From: a virus
Virus record (IMG/VR): IMGVR_UViG_3300025928_000005
Location: 47,342-111,341 of that record
DNA: 64,000 bases
Reading direction: 5' to 3' (one strand)
The translations under genes were made by a program, and so were the position numbers. Of the stretch, positions 1 through 10,132 are shown piece by piece (position 1 is the first letter of the stretch; the number at the start of each line of letters is the position of its first letter). A model generated the notes under the pieces. The model had not been told where the DNA came from, made no database searches, and was given only the letters and a program-made list of their open reading frames with translations.

Positions 1-98
1 CGGCCGTCGGCGTAGTCGACGCCGAACTCGAACGAGGCGCCCTCGCTCCCCCAGATCTTCTTGCTGGTGCACTTGACCTTCGCGGTCACCTGAGCCAT
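1..98 (-). CDS. hypothetical protein, runs off window edge
   Basis: ATG at 98 just after the upstream gene; MAQVTAKVKCTSKKIWGSEG. Confidence 0.55.
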   Translation of the reverse strand, partial: MAQVTAKVKCTSKKIWGSEGASFEFGVDYADG

Positions 99-117
99 CG
101 CCGCCCTCAATTCTCCG

Positions 118-729
118 CTAGAAGTTGATGTGCTTTGGGTGGCAGTCGCCCCGCACGACCCGGACCGGCACCGCGAGGCGCTTGGCCAGGCGGTGCACGT
201 TGAGGTCCACGTACGGGTAGTGCCACTCCTTGAGGCCGTCCGTGACGGCCGCGTCGATGAGCCGCCGCGGCAGGTACGTGAAGCAGAACGTGAACCACTC
301 GGGGTCATCCACGTCGGTCTGCCACAGCTTCATCGCCTGCTCGATGGTGGCGTTCGGCTCGGGCTCGCGGCGGTGGCTCCACACCCAACTCGGCAGGTGG
401 GTGGACCGTGGCCAGATCCGCGTCGGGGCGGTCCACACGACGGTGGGGTCGGACCCGACGTGCTGGATCATCGTTCCGAGGTCGGTAGGCTCGATCGCGA
501 CGTCGCCATCGAGCAGGAGCATCCCCACGTCCTGCGGGGTCGCCATCTGGCGCCACGCGGACGCGAGGACGAGGCCCTTGCGGCCCTTGGGGTGCGCCGG
601 CTCGGGGTTGACCTCGATGACGTGGAACGGCTGCTCGACGCTGGGGATGACGTGGCCACGCCACGCCACCCTCACGCAGACGAGGTTGATCACCTGGCCG
701 GCGACGCCCGGCCCCTCAGGTGCTGGCAC
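118..729 (-). CDS. putative glycosyltransferase-like protein (GT-A type DxD motif)
   Basis: GMLLLDGDV hydrophobic strand plus DxD, late HINF; downstream of capsid genes. Confidence 0.45.
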   Translation of the reverse strand: MPAPEGPGVAGQVINLVCVRVAWRGHVIPSVEQPFHVIEVNPEPAHPKGRKGLVLASAWRQMATPQDVGMLLLDGDVAIEPTDLGTMIQHVGSDPTVVWTAPTRIWPRSTHLPSWVWSHRREPEPNATIEQAMKLWQTDVDDPEWFTFCFTYLPRRLIDAAVTDGLKEWHYPYVDLNVHRLAKRLAVPVRVVRGDCHPKHINF

Positions 730-841
730 TCGACGCCTCCCGCTCGGGACGGAGAGACGGCTCTCCCCCTGGCGTCACTATATCTACTACCAGCACGTTG
801 AAGGCCGAGCGTCGCCGCGCTGTTATCGAGGTGTCGTGATG

Positions 842-1345
842 CTAGGACGTGCCGGCGACGGTCTTCACCGTCGCCGTCGCCGTCCCGGTCACCGTGGCTA
901 CCTGCGCCCCCGCCCGGTGGTCGTAGACGACCGCGGCGCTCAGGGTGATGTGGGTGCTGTCCGGGAACGACGCGATGGTGCCGACCTCGGCGGTGTTGCC
1001 GGTGCCGACCTGGACGAGGTTGCCCACCGCGAAGTTCGCGGTGGTGCCGACGGACAGGTTGCTGGTGCTGCCGCCGGTGGTCGCTGCGGTCAGGTTGGTC
1101 ACCGCCGTGCCGCTGACGGTGACGCCGCCGGCGGCCGCGTAGATGGCGTTGACGCCGTTGGCGAAGTTGACCTCGTTCAGCGGGGGCACCGCCAGGCCGC
1201 TGGTCGCCGTCACGCCGACGCCGCCGACGTACACGGTGGCGGGGCCGGTGTTGTGGATGACGACGTGCGGCCGGCCGACGCTGGCGGGAGTGTAGACCTG
1301 GACGGCTGCCGCTCCCACGGGCGTGTAGATGGAACGGCTCGCCAC
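842..1345 (-). CDS. small virion/head protein (decoration-like)
   Basis: T/G/A/V-rich beta protein, NTGPATVYVG motif shared with neighbour; follows major capsid. Confidence 0.6.
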   Translation of the reverse strand: MASRSIYTPVGAAAVQVYTPASVGRPHVVIHNTGPATVYVGGVGVTATSGLAVPPLNEVNFANGVNAIYAAAGGVTVSGTAVTNLTAATTGGSTSNLSVGTTANFAVGNLVQVGTGNTAEVGTIASFPDSTHITLSAAVVYDHRAGAQVATVTGTATATVKTVAGTS

Positions 1346-1346
1346 G

Positions 1347-1703
1347 TCACACCACCGACGGGTTGGACGCCAGCGCGGCCAGGATCGTCGCGCTGCCGCC
1401 GTTGGCGACGGCCGCGTACAGGTTCTGCACCCGGCCCTGGACGGTGAGCTGCTCGCCGGCGTTGAGCAGGACGCCGGCGGTCGGGGCGGTCATGCCCGAG
1501 TTGGTGCCGACGTAGGCGACGCTCGGCCCCTGGTTGAGGACGGTGTACGCCTGGTTGGCGACCGTGGAGCTGATGAAGTTCCAGGTGTAGGTGCCGCCGG
1601 CGTGGCTGACGGCCGAGCCGGAGGTCGCGAACACCTGGGTGCCGCCGGACGTGGTGATGGTGGTGTTCTGAAGCTGGGGGTAGTCCCCCTCGAAGATGGC
1701 CAC
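1347..1703 (-). CDS. small virion/head protein (decoration-like)
   Basis: NQGPSVAYVG..G.LL..GEQ..LYA motif paralogous to 842..1345; directly after major capsid. Confidence 0.6.
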   Translation of the reverse strand: MAIFEGDYPQLQNTTITTSGGTQVFATSGSAVSHAGGTYTWNFISSTVANQAYTVLNQGPSVAYVGTNSGMTAPTAGVLLNAGEQLTVQGRVQNLYAAVANGGSATILAALASNPSVV

Positions 1704-1767
1704 TTCGGTCCTTTCGCGGACGAGGGTCGACGGGGCGCGGCGGCTCGGTGAGCCGCCGCGCGGCCGA

Positions 1768-3573
1768 TCACGTGTAGGGGGTGGTGTTGGTCTTCTGCAG
1801 GCCGGCGAGGTGTGCCGAGTACTGCGGCGCGTGCGCCACCATGGCCCCGTACAGGAAGATGCTGTAGCGGAAGGTGGCGTCGATCACCGGCCACGCGATG
1901 GACACGTAGTCCTGGACCGTGGTCATCTCCCACGCGTTGGCGACGTTCGTCCACGTCTGGGGGAGCTGGTAGGTCATCAGGTCGGCGTTGCCCTGCTTGT
2001 ACCAGGGGTGCACGACCATCTTCATGATCGACCGGGTGAACGGGTTGCGGAACTCGTCGACGGCGGCGCCGGTCTGGATGCCGCCGGTCTCCGACTGTTG
2101 GATGAACAGCCGGTAGTTGGTGGCGGAGCCCTGGGCGATGACGTCGTCGGACAGGTTCGCGATGTCGGTCGCGGAGCTGAGCAGCTCCGCCGGGTCGGCC
2201 TTGAACGCGCCCGGGTTGTTGGACGAGCTGTCCCACAGCGCCTTCAGCGTGGTGTTGATGACGTTGTAATTCAGCGTGGTGCCGACCGCGTTGTTGACGT
2301 AGCCGCCCTGCCAGCCGGACGGGTAGATGCCGGCGGTGGCCGACACGCCCGCCAGGGTCGGGATGACTCCCTCCATGCGGGTGCCCTTGCCGGTGCCGGT
2401 GTCGGCGGCCGGCACGGCGCCGGTCGTCGCGGCGGTGCCCTGCAAGGTGAAGCGGGTGCCGCCGACCTGCGCCTGCTGCAGGAAGTAGCCGGCGCTGGCG
2501 TTGTTGGTGTAGATGTTGGTGAACAGGGCGCCCGCGACGGTCGGGATGGTGACGTCTACGACCTGGCCGGCGCCGACGGTGACGCTGTTGCTGGCGACGG
2601 ACGGGGCGGTCTCACCCCAGTAGTTGCCGGCGGTGACCTCGACGGTCAGGGTGCCCGTGGTGAACGCGGTCTCGTTGGAGCCGGCGGTGCGCAGGGTCAG
2701 GGTCGGCGCGGCCGGGACGGCCAGGTTGACCGACGTGCCGGCGATCATCTGGTACTCCTCGCCGAGCATCATCTCCTGCAGGAGGATGAGGTTGGCGAGC
2801 GCGGAGACGTCCTCGAAGCCCTGGCCGCTGAACTGGGCGAGCCAGGACAGCTGCTCGGTGATGCCGAAGAACCGGTAGGGCACGTTGAGCGTGACCTCGG
2901 TCTGGCTACCCGAGGGCGGCAGGTTCAGCGGCCAGGAGCTGAACGAGCCACCGGAGGTGACGAGCTCGTCAATGGAGATGTCGAGCACGCCCTGCCCGCC
3001 GGTCTGCGAGCCGCTGATGCCGGTGAACACGCGCTCGATCCGGCTGAGGCCCTGGCCCGCCGGGCGCGGGAACTTGTTGCGGTACAGGGTGTAGACCGGG
3101 TAGATCAGCCGCGACGGGGCGAGCAGGTCGAACGGCACGAGGCCGTAGATCGAGCCGATGCCCAGGTTGCCGGCGGTGAACGACTTGTCGGCGCCGGGGA
3201 TGCCCTGCAGGAGCTGGCCGATCTGCTCGCCGATGGACGGCTGGGTCAGGGCGGTCTTCAGGTTGCCGAACTGGTTGAGGAAGCCCTGGTTCATGGACTT
3301 CACGACCGACTGGCGGTTCGTGTAGCCCTGCATGGTGGCGGTGCGCAGGTCCAGGGCGGCCTGGTGGGCGCGGTAGGTGATGTCGGCCTGGTCCTCCAGC
3401 GGCTTGTTGGAGCCGATGGTGGCGAGGCCGGCGCCCTTCACCAGGTTGGGCAGCTGGGCCTTGATGGCGTCGCCGGTGGTGTTGCAGCGGGACACGGACT
3501 CCTGCAGGCCCGCCTTGAGCTCGCTCATGTCGGCGGGGGTCTGGGTGTCGGCGCCCTCGAGGAGTGCAGCCAC
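1768..3573 (-). CDS. major capsid protein with probable inserted beta-rich domain
   Basis: 601 aa after protease/scaffold; FDLLAPSRLIYP..T.YRNKFPR motif; synteny portal-protease-capsid. Confidence 0.75.
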   Translation of the reverse strand: MAALLEGADTQTPADMSELKAGLQESVSRCNTTGDAIKAQLPNLVKGAGLATIGSNKPLEDQADITYRAHQAALDLRTATMQGYTNRQSVVKSMNQGFLNQFGNLKTALTQPSIGEQIGQLLQGIPGADKSFTAGNLGIGSIYGLVPFDLLAPSRLIYPVYTLYRNKFPRPAGQGLSRIERVFTGISGSQTGGQGVLDISIDELVTSGGSFSSWPLNLPPSGSQTEVTLNVPYRFFGITEQLSWLAQFSGQGFEDVSALANLILLQEMMLGEEYQMIAGTSVNLAVPAAPTLTLRTAGSNETAFTTGTLTVEVTAGNYWGETAPSVASNSVTVGAGQVVDVTIPTVAGALFTNIYTNNASAGYFLQQAQVGGTRFTLQGTAATTGAVPAADTGTGKGTRMEGVIPTLAGVSATAGIYPSGWQGGYVNNAVGTTLNYNVINTTLKALWDSSSNNPGAFKADPAELLSSATDIANLSDDVIAQGSATNYRLFIQQSETGGIQTGAAVDEFRNPFTRSIMKMVVHPWYKQGNADLMTYQLPQTWTNVANAWEMTTVQDYVSIAWPVIDATFRYSIFLYGAMVAHAPQYSAHLAGLQKTNTTPYT

Positions 3574-3606
3574 GGTGGTTCCTTCCGAAAGCAGCGGGTT
3601 GGTGCC

Positions 3607-6555
3607 TTACTTGGTGAAGCCGGTCATCTTCTTGAGCTCCCGCCACGCAACTTCCCGCTGCATCGGGTCGGGGTTGTTCCGCCACTGCTCGTGCAGGGCC
3701 TGGAACACGGACTCCTGAGCGCGCTCCACGCGACTCACGGACGGCAGCACCTCCGGTGCGGCCGCGCTCTTGGTCAGCTGGTCGAAGGCGACGCCGCGGT
3801 AGGGACCCGCCGGGTCCGGCTGCGCGGCGAGCTCCTCGACCTGCTTGCGCATCTTCTTGATGGTCTTCTTGAGGTCGGTGACCTCGGTGAGGTGGGCGGC
3901 GGTCGCGTCGGCGACCGCCTTGTTGATGAGGCTCTGCACGACGTCCACGTCGAGCGTCGCCGCCTTCACGACCTCGGCCGAGGTCTCCTTGCCGTAGGTC
4001 GTCTCGAGCGTCTCGGTGACGGTCGGCGGCTCGACGGTCTTGGCCTTCTTGGCCTTCTTCGCGGCCTTGGCCGCGCCGGGGCCGTGCGGGGCTGGCATGC
4101 CGACGCCGGTGGGCACCGGGCGGGAGCCGGGCAGGCCGCCGTTGCCGTACGGGCTGCCGTCGGGCGCGGCCGGGCACAGGTCGGGGAAGGTCTGCGCGAT
4201 GTGGTCGTGCATGGCCAGCATGGCCTGCCGGGCGTTGTCGCGCATGGCGTTGGTGTAGTAGGTCCGGGTGGGGACGCCGGTGACGGACGGGGCGCTGACC
4301 GGCCGCATCGGCTCGCCGGAGCTGGACGGGGCCTCCGCCGCGTGGCCGCCGGTGAGGTAGCCGCGGCCGTACTGGCTCGCGCTGATGGACCCGAACGGGT
4401 CGGGCGCGGTGTTGGGACCCGCGTGGCCCGGGGAGGCCGCCTCGTGGCCGGCGGTGATGACCGGCCGGTTGTAGGAGCGGCCGTTGATCGAGCCGGGGGT
4501 CGGGAACGTGCCCGGGCCGGGGTTCGCGTCCCGGAACTCCTTGTAGAGGTCCGACCGCGCCTCGAGCAGGTAGCGCGGGTCGGTGCCCTTCAGGAGGGTC
4601 ACGTGCTGCCACAGCTCGTTGGCCTTGCGGGCCTGGTCGAGCGGGGCGGACGCGGCGAGCTCGAAGGCCTTGCGCTGCCAGTGGTTCGGGTCGAGGCTGG
4701 ACAGGTCGTAGCGCGGGTAGCTCTTCGCGACGTCGTCCGGGTGGAAGCACGGGCAGGTCAGGTCGTGGAGCGTGCCGTAGTCCACGGGCACGTTCAGCAT
4801 CTTGAGCCGCATCGCGGCGGACCCCTCGGGGTCATCCGGGAAGATGAGGTCGGCGGCCTTCACGGACGAGTCCGGGACGGTGGGAACCTTGGCGTCGCGC
4901 TCGAACGCCTCGATCACGGGGCCGTCGGGCTCGCGGTGCTCCGGCACCGGGTCGGCGTCCTCGGTCTCCTCGACGCCGTCGGTGGGCGTGGGCTTCTTGA
5001 CCACGTCGGCCTTGGCCGCGGCCTTGCGCGCCTTCCTCGCGGCCTTGGCCGCGGCCTCCTGGAGGTCGGCCTCGCTCACGCTGGAGCCCTGAACCTGAAC
5101 CTCGACGGTCTTGACCTTGGAATCCGCCTCCGGCAGGTAGCCGGGGTGGGCCTTGCCGCAGCTGGGGCAGTACTTCTCACCCTTGTCGAGCTGGTAGCCG
5201 CAGCCGAGGCACGTGAAGTCGTGGTTCTTCTTGATTGCGAGCGCGCCCTTGAGCTTGCCGCCGCACTCGGGGCAGAAGTTGTGCTCGGCGTGCAGGTTCG
5301 CCCCGCAGCCGGGGCACATGACCTTGTCCTTCTTCTCGACGGTGACGACCTTCTCGATGGTCGGCTCGGCGGCCTTCATGCCGTCGTCGCACTTGTCGTC
5401 CTCGTCGCCGTCCGCGTCGGCCTTGTCGGTCGCGCCGCTCGAGCCGCCGCCGGCCGTGCCGCCACCAGCGGCCCCACCGCCGGCGCTGCCGCCGCTCTCG
5501 CCGCTGCCGCCGCCGGTGGAGCCGGCCTTGACCTCGTCCGGCTCCTCGGTCTTCGCCTCGGCGTCGCTCTCGGTCTCGACGTCGACCGTCTTCTCCTCGG
5601 CGTCCTCAACCACCTCGACGTCGACGACCTTCTCGCTGTCGCCCATGCCCAGCTCCTTCTTCCAGCTCTCGGGGAGCCGGGCCACGAAGGCGGCACCCTT
5701 GCGCCGTGCGATGCGGATGATGCTGCTCTTCAGCCCCTCCGGGGACTTGTTGTCGGCCCCGGCCCGTCCGATCGACAGCGCGGCGTCGTGAACATCCTGT
5801 GGCGTGACGATGGGGAAGGAGCGATCGTTGCCGGCGAAGTCCTCGGCGGGGATCTTGTCGCGGTCGGTGCCGCCGCCGACGTTGGGGTCCACCTTGCGCT
5901 TGGCGACCCCCTCGTGGCCGGTGAGCGCCTTGGCCACGTCGGCCGGCGTGACCCGGTCGGCGGCGAGGGCGGCGCCGGCTGCCTTCACGATCTCTCCCGC
6001 GAGCGCGTCGTCGAGGATCAGCTGGCCCACGTCCTCGGGCTGACCCGAATCGCCGGCGGCCTTGACGAGCTGGAACTTCGAGTTGAAGTTGCTGCCGCGG
6101 TCGACCAGCGAGATCTCGCTGATCTTGGTGAGGCCGTCACGGCGACCGCGGATGATGCCGTTCATGGCCTTGCCGGTCGGGTCCGGCACGATGTCCGGGT
6201 GGGTGATGCCAACCGAGTAGCAGGTGAGGACGCCCTTGCGGACGAGCTCCTTCGCCACGGGCTCCACGACGAGGGACTTGACCCAGTGGCCGTCGGGCGT
6301 GGCCTCCACCTCGAGGCCCTTGCCGGCGGGATCGCGGCGGGCCTGGTGCTGCACCCGCAGGTTGCCGCCGGTGTCGAGCCACTCGTGGATGGCCTTGGCT
6401 GACCAGTCCTGGTCGACGATCTGGAGGTCGGAGTCGACGGTGCCGTCGGTGGCCTTGCCGTAGACGATGAGGTCGCCGTCGCTCGTCTCCTCGGTCTTCT
6501 CGATGGGGAACGAGAAGTAGGTCAGCTCGCCGTCGGGGGTGAGGGTCGCGGCCAC
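3607..6555 (-). CDS. prohead protease/scaffold with double zinc ribbon
   Basis: N-terminal HK97-like protease (VYGKATDGTVDSD, QH, YSVG, EISLVDR); four CxxCG knuckles; C-terminal coiled coil. Confidence 0.8.
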   Translation of the reverse strand: MAATLTPDGELTYFSFPIEKTEETSDGDLIVYGKATDGTVDSDLQIVDQDWSAKAIHEWLDTGGNLRVQHQARRDPAGKGLEVEATPDGHWVKSLVVEPVAKELVRKGVLTCYSVGITHPDIVPDPTGKAMNGIIRGRRDGLTKISEISLVDRGSNFNSKFQLVKAAGDSGQPEDVGQLILDDALAGEIVKAAGAALAADRVTPADVAKALTGHEGVAKRKVDPNVGGGTDRDKIPAEDFAGNDRSFPIVTPQDVHDAALSIGRAGADNKSPEGLKSSIIRIARRKGAAFVARLPESWKKELGMGDSEKVVDVEVVEDAEEKTVDVETESDAEAKTEEPDEVKAGSTGGGSGESGGSAGGGAAGGGTAGGGSSGATDKADADGDEDDKCDDGMKAAEPTIEKVVTVEKKDKVMCPGCGANLHAEHNFCPECGGKLKGALAIKKNHDFTCLGCGYQLDKGEKYCPSCGKAHPGYLPEADSKVKTVEVQVQGSSVSEADLQEAAAKAARKARKAAAKADVVKKPTPTDGVEETEDADPVPEHREPDGPVIEAFERDAKVPTVPDSSVKAADLIFPDDPEGSAAMRLKMLNVPVDYGTLHDLTCPCFHPDDVAKSYPRYDLSSLDPNHWQRKAFELAASAPLDQARKANELWQHVTLLKGTDPRYLLEARSDLYKEFRDANPGPGTFPTPGSINGRSYNRPVITAGHEAASPGHAGPNTAPDPFGSISASQYGRGYLTGGHAAEAPSSSGEPMRPVSAPSVTGVPTRTYYTNAMRDNARQAMLAMHDHIAQTFPDLCPAAPDGSPYGNGGLPGSRPVPTGVGMPAPHGPGAAKAAKKAKKAKTVEPPTVTETLETTYGKETSAEVVKAATLDVDVVQSLINKAVADATAAHLTEVTDLKKTIKKMRKQVEELAAQPDPAGPYRGVAFDQLTKSAAAPEVLPSVSRVERAQESVFQALHEQWRNNPDPMQREVAWRELKKMTGFTK

Positions 6556-6574
6556 ACGGGCTTCCTTTCGTCGG

Positions 6575-9500
6575 TCAGTCGGTCGTCTTGTTGAGGTGAT
6601 CGTCGCCGTGATTCAGCTGGAACGAGTGAGCCTCGTCCCACGGCCCGACCACGGTCGGGACCCGACCGACGTACGCGGTCAGCGGCTTGCCCAGGCGCTG
6701 GGCGGCCAGGGCGCGGTGGTGGCCGTCGACGACCTTGAGCTTGGGGTCACCGGGGGTGTCGACGAGGATGGCGGGGTGGGTCGGCTCGCCGGCGCGCAGC
6801 TTGGCCTCGAAGCGGTCCACGGCGGCGTCCTCGTGGTGCGCGGCCCACCGCGGCTCGTTGCTGAAGTCGATGAGGCTGGTGGGGACGTTGAGGGGCCCCA
6901 CCCAGGTCGCGTCGTCGACCCACGCGTAGCCCTCGTCGCTGAAGTTTTGGCTCATCAGGGCCGCGACCTCGTCGGCGGTCGCGGCGCGCGTTCCCTCGCT
7001 CGCCGGCCGGCTCAGGGCGTTGAGCACGAGCTGCAGGTCAGCCCGGAGCTCGGCGCGAACCGACGGGTTGTCGACGAGGTGCGTCGGGTCCCACCACGCG
7101 AGCGCCTCCACCTGGTCCCCGTCGGGGTCATCCGGGTTGGTGACGCGGTCGCGGCCGTCGAAGATCGGCACGTCGGTCTCGTGGTCGACCTCGTAGACGA
7201 AGCCTAGCCACCGGCCGCTCTCCGTGCCCCAGCCGGGCACGAAGCGGCCGACCGGAAGGACGCACCCGGTCTCCTCCTGCCACTCGCGGATGGCGGCGCT
7301 GCGGGGCTGCTCACCGGGCTCGAGGCAGCCACCGGGGAACTCCCAGGAGCCGGCCGCGGGATCGTCGTCGGTCAGGCCGCGCTGCAGCATGAGCACGCGG
7401 CCGGTGTCAGCGGCGCGGACCGCGAGGCCGGCGGCGACGCAGGCTCCCTTGGTCGCGGTGCGGCCCTCCCACCGGTCGCACACGTCGATCAAGTCGATCG
7501 AGCCCGACACGAGGTCGCACGAGTGCGTGTCGAGGTGGAACATCACGCAGGTGCCGCAGGATCGAGCGCGGCTCGCCGCTGGCCGGTAGTGAACCGACTC
7601 CTTGGACACCTTGACGCGCTTGCCGAGGTCGCCGACGTTGGGCGCGCGGCCGCGGTCGTTCGCGTCGCCCGGCGGCTCGCCTACCGACGACCGACCCGTG
7701 CCAACGCCACCTTGTGGCCAGCCACCGGTGCCTGAACTTGGATAGCGTGGAGGCTGAACGTCGACGTCCGTTTGGTGACCATGGGTGAGGGGTACCCGGT
7801 CATCGTGACCACCGGAGGGGTGATGCGCTTGAGAGTGATCTGACCCGTCGTAGAAGCCACCCATGTAGCCGTTGGGCGGCTGCGACGGAACCCACCGCGG
7901 GGGCTCACCCCCAGCCGTGCTCGACGGCACCCCGCCGGGAACCTCCGTCCCATCACCGAGGTGCCTGACGGGTGACCGGCCGCCACCGCCGGCCGCGGCC
8001 TGAGGAACGCGTGAGTCGATCCACGACTCCTGGCCGTTGAGACTGATCACTCGTCGCGTGGCCTTGACGACCCGGATCGCGTCATCGACCTCGAGACCCT
8101 CCGCCATGTGCTGGCTGATGCGAGCCAGCGCGTCGGGGTTGACGTTGCGTGGAACCCAGGAACTGACCTGTCGACCCTTCTTCACGTGCCGACTCAGGGC
8201 CTCGAGCTCGCTGCTCGCGGCCTTCTCCAGGGCCGCCGCGTCTGCCACCTTGGCGGGCGCGGCGGTCGGCTTCTTGCCGGTCGCGGAGCGGGATGGCGCG
8301 TTGCCCGCGCCGGTGGCCGCCGCGTGCCCGGGTGTCTCGACGTGCGGGCTCGGCGTCGGCTGCGTGGGAACGCTGCCCTGGCCGGTGTTCTGGATCTCAC
8401 CGGTGCCGGCCGCGGTGACCGGCAGCTTGGGCTGGACGCCGGGGAGCGCGAGCTGGCCGGGAGGCGTGGGAGCCGGGCTGCCGGGCGTGGCTCCCGGAAC
8501 GGTCCCGGGAACGGCGGCGGTCGCCATGCCGAACGGCACGGGGCCGTTCTTGCTGAGGAAGACCGGGCCGCTGGTCTCCGGCAGGCCCCAAGGCTGCAGG
8601 TTGAGCTCGTCCCGGGCCTCGTCGACGCTGCGCAGGCCGTTCTCAACCTGCTTGATGAGCAGGTCGGTGAGGAGGGACTGGTCCTCCTCCGCCTCGAGGC
8701 CCTCGAAGACGAACTGCATGTCGTCCTGGCCGCAGACGTATTCGAGGATGTTGTTGATGATGTCCGCGATGAACATCAGGGTCGGCTTGGTGGCCTTGCG
8801 CTCGCCCACGTTCTCGGCCATCTTGGCCATCTGATGCGACGCGCCTGGCGACATGGAGGTGCTGACCTTGGGTGCGATGCCCAGCTCCATGGGCATGATG
8901 TCGAACGCCATGCAGACCTGCGTCATGACGATCTCGTCGAACGCGTCGGCGAGCTGCACGCCGCGCTGCGGCTCGACCTTCGTGCCCGGCGGCAGCACGA
9001 TGATCTTGTGGTGCCAGGCGGGGTCGCCGGCGAACGCGTTGAGGGCGTCCTGCAGCTCGCGGATCTGGTTGGGGGTCATGTTCTCGTCGCCGGGCGACAT
9101 GTAGACGGCCGGGACGGTGCCCTCGCGGAAGTAGTCGAGCTGGTAGCCCTGCTTCTGCAGGCCGGACAGCACGGGGATCATGGCGCGCTCGATGGGCGGG
9201 AAGCCGTACGGCGTCCACCGCCGGGGCACCATGGGCACGTACAGCAGCTGGTCGCCACGGAACTGCGCGACCTGGCTGCCTCGGAGGCCGCCGTCCTGGA
9301 TGTCCATGTCCGTCAGCATCTTGATGAAGTCGCTGCGGGGGACGCCGTAGAGGTACTGCTGGTAGGCCGGGGCCGGCGGGGCCGGGAAGCCACCCTGCAT
9401 GTCGTAGAGCGGTCGGATGGTGGGGCCGCTGATCAGGTTCAGGCTGTCGAGGTCGCTGCCGAGCAGGCCCTTTCCCATGCCGCGGCCGCGCTTCGGTCGC

Positions 9501-10132
9501 AGGAAGAGCGAGAGCGCGTCGAAGACGAACACCTCCTCGAGGAAGGCGTCGATGAACGTGCTCCAGCTGTAGTAGTCCGGGTCGGGGCGCTTGAAGAACT
9601 TCTTGGCCTTGGCGCGGCGCTCACCGAAGTCCTTGAACCAGGCCTTGTCGCCGCGGTTGGCCTTGGCTGCCTCCTGCGTGGGCATGATGTCCCACTCGAG
9701 GCCCCGGATCTCCGACTTGCGGAGCTGGATGCAGGCGCGGGCCACGGAGTACAGGTCGGCGAGGGTGCGCAGCGTGCTGAAGCTGGCGAGCTTGAGGCCC
9801 TCCGAGCCGGGCGTGCCGACCGGGAGGTTCCAGCCGACGCGGTACTCCTCGCGGCGTGGGTCGGCCCGACCGCTCGCGGGGTCGGGCTCATCGACGGGAA
9901 CCGGCAGGATCGGGCTGAACGGCCCGAACGCGCCCTGCGTGAAGGTCGCCGGTGGCCGCGGCAGGAAGCCGGCGTAGGCGTTGGCGTAGCCGTGCTGCTC
10001 CGCGTAGCTGACCACCGCCGGCGACAGGGAGCCGGTGGAGATCCCCGATCCCTGAGGCGCGGGCGTGGGCCGCGCGCCGCCGGGTGAGTAGCGCGCCGCG
10101 CGCAGGATGGATCTAGTCGACGCCACCGGCAA
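6575..10132 (-). CDS. portal protein fused to HiPIP-like, NUDIX and ParB-like domains
   Basis: portal motifs (YGFPPIE, YFREGTVP, VDEARDELNLQP); Nudix box GGCLEPGEQPRSAAIREWQEETG; VVDGHHR. Confidence 0.85.
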   Translation of the reverse strand: MPVASTRSILRAARYSPGGARPTPAPQGSGISTGSLSPAVVSYAEQHGYANAYAGFLPRPPATFTQGAFGPFSPILPVPVDEPDPASGRADPRREEYRVGWNLPVGTPGSEGLKLASFSTLRTLADLYSVARACIQLRKSEIRGLEWDIMPTQEAAKANRGDKAWFKDFGERRAKAKKFFKRPDPDYYSWSTFIDAFLEEVFVFDALSLFLRPKRGRGMGKGLLGSDLDSLNLISGPTIRPLYDMQGGFPAPPAPAYQQYLYGVPRSDFIKMLTDMDIQDGGLRGSQVAQFRGDQLLYVPMVPRRWTPYGFPPIERAMIPVLSGLQKQGYQLDYFREGTVPAVYMSPGDENMTPNQIRELQDALNAFAGDPAWHHKIIVLPPGTKVEPQRGVQLADAFDEIVMTQVCMAFDIMPMELGIAPKVSTSMSPGASHQMAKMAENVGERKATKPTLMFIADIINNILEYVCGQDDMQFVFEGLEAEEDQSLLTDLLIKQVENGLRSVDEARDELNLQPWGLPETSGPVFLSKNGPVPFGMATAAVPGTVPGATPGSPAPTPPGQLALPGVQPKLPVTAAGTGEIQNTGQGSVPTQPTPSPHVETPGHAAATGAGNAPSRSATGKKPTAAPAKVADAAALEKAASSELEALSRHVKKGRQVSSWVPRNVNPDALARISQHMAEGLEVDDAIRVVKATRRVISLNGQESWIDSRVPQAAAGGGGRSPVRHLGDGTEVPGGVPSSTAGGEPPRWVPSQPPNGYMGGFYDGSDHSQAHHPSGGHDDRVPLTHGHQTDVDVQPPRYPSSGTGGWPQGGVGTGRSSVGEPPGDANDRGRAPNVGDLGKRVKVSKESVHYRPAASRARSCGTCVMFHLDTHSCDLVSGSIDLIDVCDRWEGRTATKGACVAAGLAVRAADTGRVLMLQRGLTDDDPAAGSWEFPGGCLEPGEQPRSAAIREWQEETGCVLPVGRFVPGWGTESGRWLGFVYEVDHETDVPIFDGRDRVTNPDDPDGDQVEALAWWDPTHLVDNPSVRAELRADLQLVLNALSRPASEGTRAATADEVAALMSQNFSDEGYAWVDDATWVGPLNVPTSLIDFSNEPRWAAHHEDAAVDRFEAKLRAGEPTHPAILVDTPGDPKLKVVDGHHRALAAQRLGKPLTAYVGRVPTVVGPWDEAHSFQLNHGDDHLNKTTD

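Noticed and set aside
1696-6402. 1568-aa plus-strand ORF, and similar long ORFs at 8108-10087 and 17298-19055
   Set aside because: Antisense shadows of the capsid/protease, portal and Ro60 genes in high-GC DNA; no recognisable motifs.
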